A stretch of 64,000 nt of DNA from Nemertoderma westbladi (Eukaryota > Animalia > Xenacoelomorpha): the NCBI GenBank assembly GCA_032718475.1, contig JAUCBJ010001668.1, positions 4,019 through 68,018 of the forward strand. The letters are read 5' to 3'. The translations under genes were made by a program, and so were the position numbers. The notes beneath the pieces were generated by a model. The model was not told the origin of the DNA. It searched no databases and was given only the letters and a program-made list of their open reading frames with translations. Of the stretch, positions 1 to 11,333 are shown piece after piece. Numbering within the stretch: the first letter of the stretch is position 1; every line of letters begins with the position of its first letter.

Positions 1-334
1 GACTAAACAGCCATTTATAGTAATCACATCATTTTTAAATATTTTCCAATGTTTTTACTCACCAGAAAACCTGTATTGAAATACAATTAGCTGAAAAATG
101 TAACTTTCAAATTTTGTGAAAATTGTGCACTACTTGTAATTTTGGTGCTGCAATATAACCACCCCAGTACATTTTTTTGAAAATTTTGTTTTCGGTCTGA
201 TCCGGACTAATGATACCTACGTACAAACAAAAAATCAGACGTTTTCTTAAAAATTTGTAGATTTTAGAGGGGGGGTCAATATGACCCCCCCCCCCAGTAT
301 TTGTACAACATTTTACAGCCCAGTACTAATAGGG
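1..334 (-). mobile_element. Partial non-autonomous piggyBac-type MITE (cut by window start)
   Basis: Ends ...CAGTACTAATAGGG followed by TTAA (335-338). It is the reverse-complement homolog of 11334-~11700 and a direct homolog of ~50900-51245. Confidence 0.8.
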
Positions 335-409
335 TTAAAATTTAACCAATTTTTATTTGTCTCATAGGTGTTGATCCTCTAGCCCCCCTCCCCCCTCCCC
401 CCCCCCCCC

Positions 410-685
410 CCACCCCCGCCGGCGCCCCTGTCGGCGGCACCCCTGTCGGCGGTGCCCCCATCGGCAGCGCCCCCATCGGCAGCGCCCCCGTCAGCGGCGC
501 CCCTGTCGCCGCCCCCGTCGGCGTCGCCCCTGTCACCGCCCCCATCGGTGTCACCTCCGTAGCCGCCCCCATCAGCGTTGCCCCCGTCGGCGTCGACCCG
601 TCGCTGCCCCCGTCGGCGTCACCCCCGTTGCCGCCCCTGTCGTCGCCCCTGTCGCCGCCCCCGTCGTCACCGCCCCCATCGGCGC
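410..685. repeat. GC-rich low-complexity minisatellite (12-15-bp units such as GCCGCCCCCGTC / GGCGTCGCCCCCGTC)
   Basis: Visible directly; a shorter version lies at ~9700-9810. Confidence 0.85.
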
Positions 686-1302
686 AGCTGCCGACCGGCT
701 GGTTGCGAAGAATAGACGAAGGGAATAGAATAATTGTAATTCTAAGAGGAATATAATTTTCTTTTCTTTTTTGGAATAATTAAGTGGTGGTACTGGATAG
801 TGCTGAAATCCGATAAACTATTGAATTTTGTGGTATCTTAGTTTTAAGTCTTAAGTTAATAAGTAGATTGCGTTTGTAATTAACAGCAGAATTTAAATTT
901 ATTATTTTGGTACTGAATTATAAAATTCAGTAAAATTTTATTTTTATATTTAATTTTCTTTTCAGTGATACGTTTGATACGTTTGCAGTTGTTAGTGAAA
1001 CATCAATGCAATATGAAAAATTCTTCTGCGGTGAGCTTATGGGGGTCGGTTCCATTATTACAATCAATGAACCCACATATTGTGGAACCAACATAACCCA
1101 TCGATAACCATAAATGATAAAGTGAAGGTGGTCATGTACCCACCAGACCTGCGCGGCCTACATAATAATGATTAGAAAGTTGCTAAACATTATAATATAC
1201 TTTCCAAGTTTATCCCTGGCTACATAAATTGTTGAGTATTATGCATAATAAAGCTTAATTAATATAATGTTTTATATTTATAGATCAATATGGTTTATCT
1301 TT

Positions 1303-1815
1303 ATGGTGTGGGGCAGTATGTCGTAGAAACTACTACGAGAGGGTATGCCCCTGCTATCATGGGTTACACCCTATGTGGTGTGGGGCAGTATGTCGTAGAA
1401 ACTACTATGAGAGGGTATGTCCCTGCTATCATGGGTTACACCCTATGTGGTGTGGGGCAGTATGTCATAGAAACTACTACAAGAGGGTATGCCCCTGCTA
1501 TCATGGGTTACACCCTATGTGGTGTGGGGCAGTATGTCGTAGAAACTACTACGAGAGGGTATGCCCCTGCTATCATGGGTTACACCCTATCTGGTGTGGG
1601 GCAGTATGTCGTAGAAACTACTACGAGAGGGTATGCCCCTGCTATCATGGGTTACACCCTATGTGGTGTGGGGCAGTATGTCGTAGAAACTACTACGAGA
1701 GGGTATGCCCCTGCTATCATGGGTTACACCCTATCTGGTGTGGGGCAGTATGTCGTAGAAACTACTACGAGAGGGTATGCCCCTGCTATCATGGGTTACA
1801 CCCTATGTGGTGTGT
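1303..1815 (+). repeat. 72-bp tandem repeat, about 7 copies
   Basis: Unit TGGTGTGGGGCAGTATGTCGTAGAAACTACTACGAGAGGGTATGCCCCTGCTATCATGGGTTACACCCTATG; accounts for ORFs 1290-1817 and 1373-1876. Confidence 0.97.
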
Positions 1816-4144
1816 AAAGGCATTATATAATATAATCCGGTTATATATGTATATTATTTACAGAGCAGTCGATTGAGGTTAAAAAGGATAGATCTGAAGG
1901 AGGAAAACCAATGTAAAATAAAAAAGCTTATGGAAAACTTAATGAAAATGTTAAAGTAGCTGGGCAGATTCATTAATTGATGTGTGCAAATTTAGCTAAT
2001 TTATTGTTCGATTCCACTCACAATAAAAAATAAAATCGTCTGCATATTGAAATAAATATTTTCTAATTTTAAATATTCCATTGTGAAGGCGCTGCTGGCT
2101 TTTCGATAAAATGGTGCCGACACAACTTCCTATCACATCGGTCTGATAGATGTTAGGACAATTGAGACCCGGACAATTGTGACTCCGAAATTTGCGACTC
2201 AGACAATTGCGACCCGGTAAATTGCGAGTCATGATTTTATAAAAAATTGATGATTCGTAATATGGAGCCTTCCCACACATTTTTCTACAAATTTTAATGA
2301 ATTTGCATGGAATTTGAAATAGGGCTAGTTTCGCCTCCCCTACCTATGAAAGATCTTTTTACAGAACACAAGCGAAAACAGTGGAATAGAAAGAGCAGGT
2401 TCTCTGTTAGGAACCTTTTATGACATATAACATTAGGGATCTCTGGCCATGTGTTAACCATCTTTAACTCTAGTTTTAATTTATTCCAGGTCTGATCTGA
2501 TAAGAAATGAATATTTAATATCGCGACAATTTAATTCTATAATTACTTATAGAAATGTAACAATTGACTAATTTTATGTAAACGTAGGTACCCTGTGTTA
2601 TTTTTTTGTTGTCATTGTGTTTTGGACTTTGAGTGTTTTTGGAGGTTCTTCGGATGTGTTTGACGGTGATCGAATGTGTTCGGTCATGTTTGTCTTTAAG
2701 TACCTTCCCTAATAATGAATTAATTTATATTTTAGACAACAATAAAATCAACTCATCGTGGGGTCTATGGTTATTACAACCGATGCCCATGTTTTTCATC
2801 GCAAATAACGAAGGACATTCGTTGAGTAATTCAAACTGATGTTCTTCTCGAAAATGTTCCAGTAAACACAGAGGGAAAATCAATCCGGCAGGGTGTTTTT
2901 CACTCCAGTCGATTTACCTCGCTTTTCTTGGGACAGGGAGCAATGAACGTTTGTTAATTATAATATTTAATTTTATTACATAATTTAAAACCTTAAATAA
3001 AATATGATACAATGTAATTAAACATAAACATAGATAAATAAAATAATTTTTTATTTCGTAGGTCCAAGAAAAAGCTCAGCCATACAATACAGCTCACCCC
3101 TTCTGCCTATCTGGCTTCTGCGGCTGCATGTGCTGAACTTACTGGCTGTCTTTTCACCGCCACTGCGCCTACTCCATCTCGAAACACCTTAACTGATCAC
3201 TTAACTGATTATTATCTTTCTTTCAATGAAATGCACACTGCAGAAATGTACATGGAATAGTTTTTAGTATCCAAGGCCCTGCCAGGCCGAGACTTACAAT
3301 TCATTTTTTTTAACCTAACAGGATAAAATAAAATTTTCAAAATTATCTGTTTTTCTTTTCTTTTATATTCACTTTTCTAGAGCATGTTATAACAGGGTTT
3401 AAATATAGACTGCTCCTGGTAGCAGTTAGGTGAAGATAATGTATGTAAGGGCGGAGGTCTGGTTTAAGTGGTTTAAGTTACAATAATATAAATTCGGCAT
3501 CTTGCCACCTTCATGAGTATGGTTGTAAATTATAAAGAATTAATATTGCGGCAAATTGCCACATTTCGGGTTGTTACGGAAACGGTTCATATTATGTTTT
3601 TCCTTACGTGATAAATTAATTTTAATTCTTTTTTTTATTTAGTCCAAAACTCAGACATTAACAAATCACCAAGTGCGGCAACATGTCAATCAATAAATAC
3701 AACAATACAATGGACAATGGAATGTGGTTGGATGGTCCAAATCGAGCAGTTTTGGAGCAGATAAAGAAGGGGGGACAATGTTTGACTCCTCAAAATTGCA
3801 CATAACGTCTGTTCGACCCATTGGACAGTATCAGTTTCAGCTTCTCGAAGGTAAGCTATTTAATTAAAAATAGTTTAATAATTTCTGTTAATGATAACGA
3901 TCATTAGCACTTTGAGTATCAAAAACAGTATGATGGACCAATATAAATTTGGTTATTATATTATAAACAATCTAGTCCTATGAAAAAATTTATAATTTAT
4001 AATAAATATGTAATATATTTCGCTATTTAAGAAAACTTTTAGTGAAAATTAAAAATTATATATGTAAAAGTTGAAGAGTATCATATACTTAGTCCAATGG
4101 GAAATAATTTATTTTTTTCATTAATTTTAATTAGCCAATCAAGT

Positions 4145-4506
4145 CCTTACCGATAGATATGTACAGCAGTAGCGAAACTGCACCGATATATGTTGGATGC
4201 AATCAGTGATCAGCTAACGGCAGTCAGCTGAACGGTAGGTCTCACCTCACAGTGAAAGGCATTATGAAGAGTCCAATCCTGGAAATGACCGTGAGGGTGA
4301 AGTCCGAAATGGGAGAAGGAAAGGGAGCGTTACATAATGAAGATTGTGTGTAATATTAACTAACCAATATGGGAAGCAGCAACACAAACTTGGGAGGCGA
4401 AACCTACCGATCAGCTGACTGCCATTAGCTGATAAATGAATGCATGCAACGTCTATAAGTCCAGTTGCTCTTTAGTTTGCTACTCCTGTACATACCTCTC
4501 TGTAAG
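4145..4506. mobile_element. Degenerate fold-back MITE-like element
   Basis: CCTTACCGATAGATATGTACAGCAGTAGC...GATCAGCTAACGGCAGTCAGCTGAACGGTAGGT pairs imperfectly with ACCTACCGATCAGCTGACTGCCATTAGCTGAT...GCTACTCCTGTACATACCTCTCTGTAAGG. Confidence 0.55.
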
Positions 4507-5442
4507 GTTTTTTACTTAACTTGGTTTAGGAATTAAAATTAAACAGCATATCCTTTTAACACGTGTTAACTTCCGAATTAGTTGTTAGGAGCTTCAGGGC
4601 TACACTGTTGGTCCAGTTCTAAAACTGACAGGACTATGGTGGCCCATGAGTATCATAACAAAAAAATATATTTATATATTTTTAAATGAAATAAAAAAAC
4701 TCATTTTAAAATGCATATGAAAAAAAATTCAAACAAAAAATAAAATGCAATTTAAAATGTATTTTAAAGTCGATTTCAAAACGATTTTTAAAAGGCATTT
4801 TAAAACGCATTCACGACACGCAGCCCATAGAGTATCATAACAGACTGTCGTAATGGTAGCTGGCCCGGGAGTATCATATCGAACTGGCAGAGGATAGGCC
4901 TAACATGCGCATGCGCGCGCATGCGCATACGGCAGGCTACCTAGTTCCCTTGCTGCCAGCTGTAGAGTACCGGTAGTGCACTACTGTTGAACTGCACTAG
5001 ACAGAATCAGAACAGCAGAAGTCAGCTAGTGCAGTAGTGGTATCGGTTCTGCGGTTGTGGCACTTGTGGCAAGGCCCTAGGCGTACCGGTACCTGTAACT
5101 GAATAAGCTCTTTGCTTTGAGTATGCTGAGCGTAGAAAAGCACTATAACTAACTGTATAAGACTATGGCAGTTCGCAGTATGGCTATATAAATACAGAAA
5201 TACCCTATATAGGCTATTATTAGCCTATAGCACTGTAGCAGTATAGGGCTGTAGGGTGACCAGTGACCACTGATAGATTGCAGGTACCGGTCACCGGTAC
5301 GTCTGTACGTTGTTTGACTTTGTGCCAATGCTGTTATCTGTTCTGCTGTTATTCAGAAACTGCTACCGGTAGTAAACCGCATACATTGAAATTTCATTAT
5401 TATATTTATATTGGACGACATCGATTGCCTCGCTATACTGCT

Positions 5443-6649
5443 ATGCCACCACGAACAGAATGGAAGGATGACAAGATTCTTAAAGCGGCTTTGGCTTGGT
5501 ATGTAAAGAAAAACTACAAAAAAAACGGAGATTCTTAACTACATGGAACGCGATTTTGATGAATATGCATGGAGTTTGGCCACATTAAGTCGCCGCATGA
5601 AGCATTTTGAAATTAGGTATATAGATGACTGTGATCCGCAGATCGTTATGGCTGCTATAGTTAGTGAGTTAGACGGCCCTTCTCAGAAACTTGGATATAG
5701 AGGAATGCATCAAGTTCTCCGTGATAAACATAACTTAAAAGTTCCACGTAGCCTAGTTTCGGACATACTACGAGACGTTGATCCAAGAGGTACTGAAGAA
5801 CGGACACCCAGGTTTAAAGATAAACGTGTGAGAAGTCTATTTGAAAGTGGTGGTTCTTTTCAGACGCTGAGTATAGACGGCCACGACAAATTATGTGGAT
5901 ACCAAAACAGTACATTTCCCCTGGGGGTCTTTGCGTTTTTAGATACTTATTCTAGAAAAGTACTTAAAATCAATGTTTTATTCTCCAACTCACAGCCTTT
6001 AGCTATCGCCTCACTATATTATGATTTACTTACTGAAATAAAGTGTATGCCAGTGTTCATTAGGTGCGATAGAGGTACCGAGATGGGTAAGCTAGCTACA
6101 TTGCATTCATACCTTATAGATCAACAAGATATTATGGATGACCCAACAGAAGCTATAATATTTGGGCCTTCCACGACCAATAAAATTGAACGATGGTGGA
6201 GGGATCTTCACGAACGCATGGTAATGTATTATAAGGATCAACTTACAGATCTGTTAGTTACGAATCAATACGATCCACATAACGCAAATGACAGGCTTGT
6301 TATGGCCTACGTTTACATACCCATTGTGCAGAAGGATTGCGATATGTTCGTGTCAAACTGGAACTCACATAGAATTCGAGCACAGAAGATAGGATTACCA
6401 ACGGGAATTCCAAATCATATGTTTGATTTTCCCGAAACATACGGTGGCCAGAAATACTCGCTCGATTTTGATTTACATGACTTGCAACTGGTTGCAGAGC
6501 AACTAGGTATCACTGACTATAGTAAGACCCGTATTATGGACTGTGAGGTTATAAGAAAGTGCACTCAGATATTGCCAGAACCCGCTAATATTAAGAGTTG
6601 TGATGCTAAGGAAGTCTTCATTTATCTTAAAGAAAAAATTAAAGAATAG
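5443..6649 (+). CDS. IS3EU-type (integrase-core) DDE transposase with a +1 frameshift in an A8 run near 5518-5525
   Basis: Motifs LGYRGMH, VDPRG, IDGHDKL, FLDTYSRK, IRCDRGTE, STTNKIERWWRDL, WNSHRIR. The N-terminus MPPRTEWKDD...KNYKK joins TEILNYMERDF if one A is removed. Confidence 0.85.
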
Positions 6650-7195
6650 TTAAAAGAGAAACATATATATTTATTATAATTATAAGGCTATAGAGGGAGG
6701 GATGTAACAGATTGGGCATTTATTTTCATTGGCAATCCGGACGGCTAGTACGTAAATTGTATTAACAGTTAACACGTTATTTTCAATGATAATCCAGATT
6801 GCTGAATACCCTATTGGAATCATGGATTTTCAAGGTAATTATTAAATTTCAACTAAACTACTACAACTAACAACTAAAAAAGTTAAAACTTAAAGCGAAC
6901 ACTAAAACTAAAAAAACCAACAAAAAAAAAACAGTAAAACCAAAAATGTATAAGTTTCGCTGTATGGAATAGAACGTAGGTGAGTTACCCCGGTATTAAT
7001 TTCATTGCAATTTAGATAATTTACCAAACCAGATATTAGTATTATTCAATGTTAGTAACCCTAGCACAAACCCAAACTAGCTGCCGGCTAAAATGTATGA
7101 AAAACTAAAGAACTTATGCTAAAATAAAAAAGCAAGTTATAGTTATAAGCAAGTTCTATTGCATGAGTCACATGACGAATGATATGATAGGCCTA

Positions 7196-8512
7196 CTAAG
7201 TGTTTTCATGGAGGTGCATAATTTTGCAATAACGGTTGCATTTATGGGATAGGAGGAAGTTTTCAATACCGATCACTGAGCAATTCCCTGTGCAAAAGTA
7301 TATCTCTTGGTCGTCATACGTTAGTTCTCTACTGGCGATCTCAGGGTCATACAATCGCAGATCTGTGCCCTGAATATCTAATAGCATTATCTTCTTCTTC
7401 GTATGTATATATGAGTAATGGGCGAGCGCCTGTGCCTTATCATAGTTATCCAGCTTGTAATTGCTGAGGTCTTGGTCACTCGTATCTGTTACTGTGCCGC
7501 AGTTGTTTATGTATTTAATAAATGTGCCAGGTACATGCTCCTCTACTGTAATAAATTCCATCTCAGATGAATCCATCACCCCAAACCAAACCTTATTGTA
7601 GACGAAAGTTTCTCCAAAATCTTCGTCGAAATTACTCACACACTTCGAGAATGAATCAGTGATTGTAGAAGCAACGGTATGCATTTGTACCTGTTTTCGA
7701 GTGTGATATTCGACGGTTGTTCCCAGTTCCTCAGTTAACATTGCTTCCACACTGGGTTTGCATTTTTTCACAACAAACTTTTCATTGCCATCGCAATTGT
7801 AGGCCATATGGGCAGATCTAAACCCACCCTCCGCAAAAGGTACTTTGGACACCTTGTATCTGCCGGCTTTCTCTATATTCCAAGTGGAGTGCTCAATATC
7901 AAATTCTTCACGACATATAGTGACAGCAATGTATTTATCATCTACTATAACTTTACCTGCCTTTATTAAGCATGACACTGATACAGATTTTGGATAAATC
8001 TTCGGACTCTCAACTGCCCGTGAAGAAATTGGTTCTAAATCCTGCAGTGCGGTACTCACTTTACCACCTGCAGCAGCATCACTACCGGGCGTGGTAGGTT
8101 GGCTACTAGTACTAGGTCTACTACTACCACCAGTAAACCTGACAAAGTAAATCTTCTTACATCCCAATTGTTCGATGTCAGAGCAGCTTGGGCCCCTCTC
8201 ACTAGCCAAAACATCACAACTTCCCTCGGGTTCACCATAGTATGCCTCACAGGCAGTCTTTATGTTAGTGATGCGTAGGTCCTCATAGTCAGCTTGGAAA
8301 GGTACAAAGTGGCGAGGCCCAATCGGTTCGTATTTAGATAGTCTACCTCCAGAGTGTTCAGATAATTTTTGTACAGTTAGCCATTGCGGGGATTTGAGTC
8401 TACCGGTAGCACCTTGTTGCACTCTCTTCGTGCGTTTCGCTGACAGTCTCGCCTCCAAATTGCCGATGTTTGTTTTTCTTCCTTTCTGTCCCGCAACTCC
8501 TGCCATATCCAA
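7196..8512 (-). CDS. Alpha-type protein kinase (eEF2K/MHCK/TRPM7-like catalytic domain), intronless transposon cargo
   Basis: PFAEGGFRSAH, FVVKK, QVQMHTVA, TVEEHVPGTFIKYINN, AQALAHYSY, MLLDIQG, LYDPEIAS, TGNCSVIGIENF and terminal HKCNRYC Zn site. The start codon is uncertain. Confidence 0.92.
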   Translation of the reverse strand: MDMAGVAGQKGRKTNIGNLEARLSAKRTKRVQQGATGRLKSPQWLTVQKLSEHSGGRLSKYEPIGPRHFVPFQADYEDLRITNIKTACEAYYGEPEGSCDVLASERGPSCSDIEQLGCKKIYFVRFTGGSSRPSTSSQPTTPGSDAAAGGKVSTALQDLEPISSRAVESPKIYPKSVSVSCLIKAGKVIVDDKYIAVTICREEFDIEHSTWNIEKAGRYKVSKVPFAEGGFRSAHMAYNCDGNEKFVVKKCKPSVEAMLTEELGTTVEYHTRKQVQMHTVASTITDSFSKCVSNFDEDFGETFVYNKVWFGVMDSSEMEFITVEEHVPGTFIKYINNCGTVTDTSDQDLSNYKLDNYDKAQALAHYSYIHTKKKIMLLDIQGTDLRLYDPEIASRELTYDDQEIYFCTGNCSVIGIENFLLSHKCNRYCKIMHLHENT

Positions 8513-9641
8513 GACATACGCATAGGCCTATATACACAGTGCAATACTGAAATATATCTCAGTCCAGGATTTTTAGTAGGGCCTATGCTATGCTATGCAG
8601 TAGGGGTATGCCTCCTATCAGCTTATAGGCCTATCTCTGTATGTGTTAAGTTCAGATATTGCAGTATTGCCTAACTTCATTGAACTTATATCCTACGGTA
8701 TTACTATATTGCCTGTTTAGTAGGCCTACCCGTCAGCCCGTACCCGCGTAGCGTATCCAGTATGTGAGTATCGTTACCGTTACACGTGCACTCACATTTC
8801 CTTCTCATAGATTTCCTTTTCATTTCTTTCTCATAGAGCAGTAGAGGAAGTCTACAAATGCGAACTGTACAACTACCGGTACTCTACACCTTCAGGTCAC
8901 AGAAATGAACGAGTCATACTGCCTGACTGCTGTACCGTACCAGTAGTCAAGTTCCAGTACTGTATCACAGTAACAGTAGGCATCGGATGTTAGGCCTTGC
9001 TGACTTCTGCTGTAGTGCAGTACAACAGTAGTGCACTACCGGTACTCTACAGCTAGCAGCAAGGGAACTAGGTAGGTAGCCTGCCATATGGGCATGGGCA
9101 TGTTAGGCCTATCCTCAGCCAGTTCAATATGTGAATGCGTTTTAAAATGCCTTTTAAAAATCGTTTTGAAATCGACTTTAAAATCCATTTTAAATTGCAT
9201 TTTATTTTTTATTTGAATTTTTTTTCATATGCATTTTAAAATTAGTTTTTTTATTTATATTTTTTTGTTATGATACTCATGGGCCCCCATACAGGACCAT
9301 AGGCAGAGTTAAGAAAAAATGAGAGGGCCGGATTTCAAAATGCCCTGATCGAGACAATTTAATCCAAAAAATATCAATTTATTTTGTGTCCCTGGTGTAA
9401 TATTTTTTGAAAATTTAAAATTTTAGGATGGCTAAAAATTAAATTACAAAAAACAAATATATATAACTAATAACTGTAATATTAAAGTAATGAAAAGTAA
9501 ATAACTATACAATAGAAGTAGTAGTTTTCTTATATACAATTGCTGCATATAAATAATAAGGGAAAGTTATATAATGTAAATTTATTATCGATGGCAATAG
9601 TAATATGATAGAGATAGAAAGTAATAATAAAAAAATTAATA

Positions 9642-10380
9642 TTAAAATTTAACCAATTTTTATTTGTCTCATAGTCATAGTCATAGTCATAGTCTCATAG
9701 TCGCTGCCCCCATCGGCGTCCCCGTCGCCGCCCCCGTCACTGCCCCCGTCGGTGTCGCCCCCGTCGCCGCCCCCATCGGCGTCGCCCCCATCGTCGCCCC
9801 CGTCGGCGCAGCTGCCGACTGGCTGGTTGCGAAGAATAGGCGAAGGGAATAGAATAATTGTAATTGTAAGAGGACTATAATTTTCTTTTCTTTTTTGGAA
9901 TAATTAAGTGGTGGTACTGGATAGTACTGAAATCCAATAAACTATTGAATTTTGCGGTATCTTAGTTTTAAGTCTTAAGTTAATAAGTAGATTGCGTTTG
10001 TAATTAACAGCAGAATTTAAATTTATTATTCTGGTACTGAATTATCAAATTCAGTAAAATTTTATTTTTATATTTAATTTTCGTTTCAGTGATACGTTTG
10101 ATACGTTTGCAGTTAGTTGTTAGTGAAACACCAATGCAATATGAATGATTCTTCTGCGGTGAGCTTATATAATGTTTTATATTTATAGATTAATATGGTT
10201 TATCTTTGTGGTGTGGGGCAGTATGTCGTAGAAACTACTACGAGAGGGTATGCCCCTGCTATAATGGGTTACACCCTATGTGGTGTGGGGCAGTATGTCG
10301 TAGAAAGTACTACGAGAGGGTATGCCCCTGCTATCATGGGTTATACCCTATGTGGTGTGTAAAGGCATGATATAATATAT
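9642..10380. repeat. Segmental duplication, copy 2 (2 copies of the 72-bp unit at ~10208-10360)
   Basis: Colinear with 335-1830 but lacks the ~1040-1260 segment and has fewer repeat units. Confidence 0.9.
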
Positions 10381-11333
10381 ACGATTGCCAGAAGTGATGG
10401 ATTTGGAGGGGCAGAGAATAGCCCCACACTTCTTCTCAAACATCGATTTCAGTCTGTTGTTATTCAACAAAGCAGATATAATTGGATAGAAATAAATAAT
10501 ACAAATTACTGATAGATATCTCAATTACTGTATGTAATTCATATTCATTTTCATAAAATATTGATACATTTTATGGTTCACTTTAATTCAGAGGCCATGA
10601 TTCAGGGCTTTTTTTTTAATATTTTCATTTACATGGGATAAGATCTATAATGTTTAAAGTTTAAATTGAAACTTGTATAGGAAAAGCAATTCAACATTGC
10701 TTTGTCAGAGGTGCGGCGGTACGTGAAGTGTGATCTCCAGCGATATGGGAATCGCCATTGGATTCTCTTTGGTTGGGTGAAGAGTCAGATGCTCCTCCAG
10801 GTGTGGGGGCAGATGCAGCACCAGCACATTAAAGGGACTCAGTTGGCTTCTTTCGACTCATTTTGATTTAGTTTGTTTTGATATACTGTTATAACAATGT
10901 AAGAGCAGATTTAGTTTCGTTCATTTTGTTCTACTGTACTTTATTGGTTTTGCTTTATCTGTTATGTAATTTCTTATATAATATTTAATTCTAATATTAT
11001 GTAGATTTTATTCACCCTCACGTAACTCATTAAATATTCTCGACAAGTATGACAGATTTGGCTAAACGGTTTTCATATTTGGAATCTGGAATCTGCTCTA
11101 GATAAAATAGAAAAAACATTTTGAAAAAAGAATTGAAAGCCACCCACTTAAATTAAATCATGAAATAGTGTTTATAGTTGTTTTAAGGGCTCCTGAAATA
11201 TTTCCTTTTGTATTTTTAAGGGCCCCTGCTAATTAATATGGCATTTTGAAACCGTCATTGCAATGAAATGAAATGTCATTGCTAGGTACCCAGTTTAAAA
11301 CCAATCAGGAAATAGTGATTCTCGTTGTTTTAA

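Larger units (their letters stand above)
335..1830. repeat. Segmental duplication, copy 1 (copy 2 at ~9642-10380)
   Basis: Same ordered blocks in both copies: TTAAAATTTAACCAATTTTTATTTGTCTCATAG, a GC-rich GCCGCCCCCGTC-type array, ...GAAGGGAATAG, an AT-rich tract, TTCAGTGATACGTTTG...CTGCGGTGAG, and the 72-bp repeat. Confidence 0.9.
4635..9291 (+). mobile_element. IS3EU-type DNA transposon carrying a transposase and an alpha-kinase
   Basis: Termini TATGG...CCATA. Imperfect TIRs of about 300-390 bp (4635-~5026 vs ~8998-9291). Exact 6-bp TSD CAGGAC at 4629-4634 and 9292-9297. Two convergent ORFs inside. Confidence 0.9.

Noticed and set aside
342-572. Gly/Ala/Pro-rich ORF (also 9664-9852 and 28439-28702)
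   Set aside because: Open frames arise from GC-rich minisatellites that lack stop codons.
2140-2230. ~15-bp GACAATTGCGACCC-like repeats and ORF 1996-2280
   Set aside because: Probably transposon subterminal debris; no boundaries or protein family could be supported.
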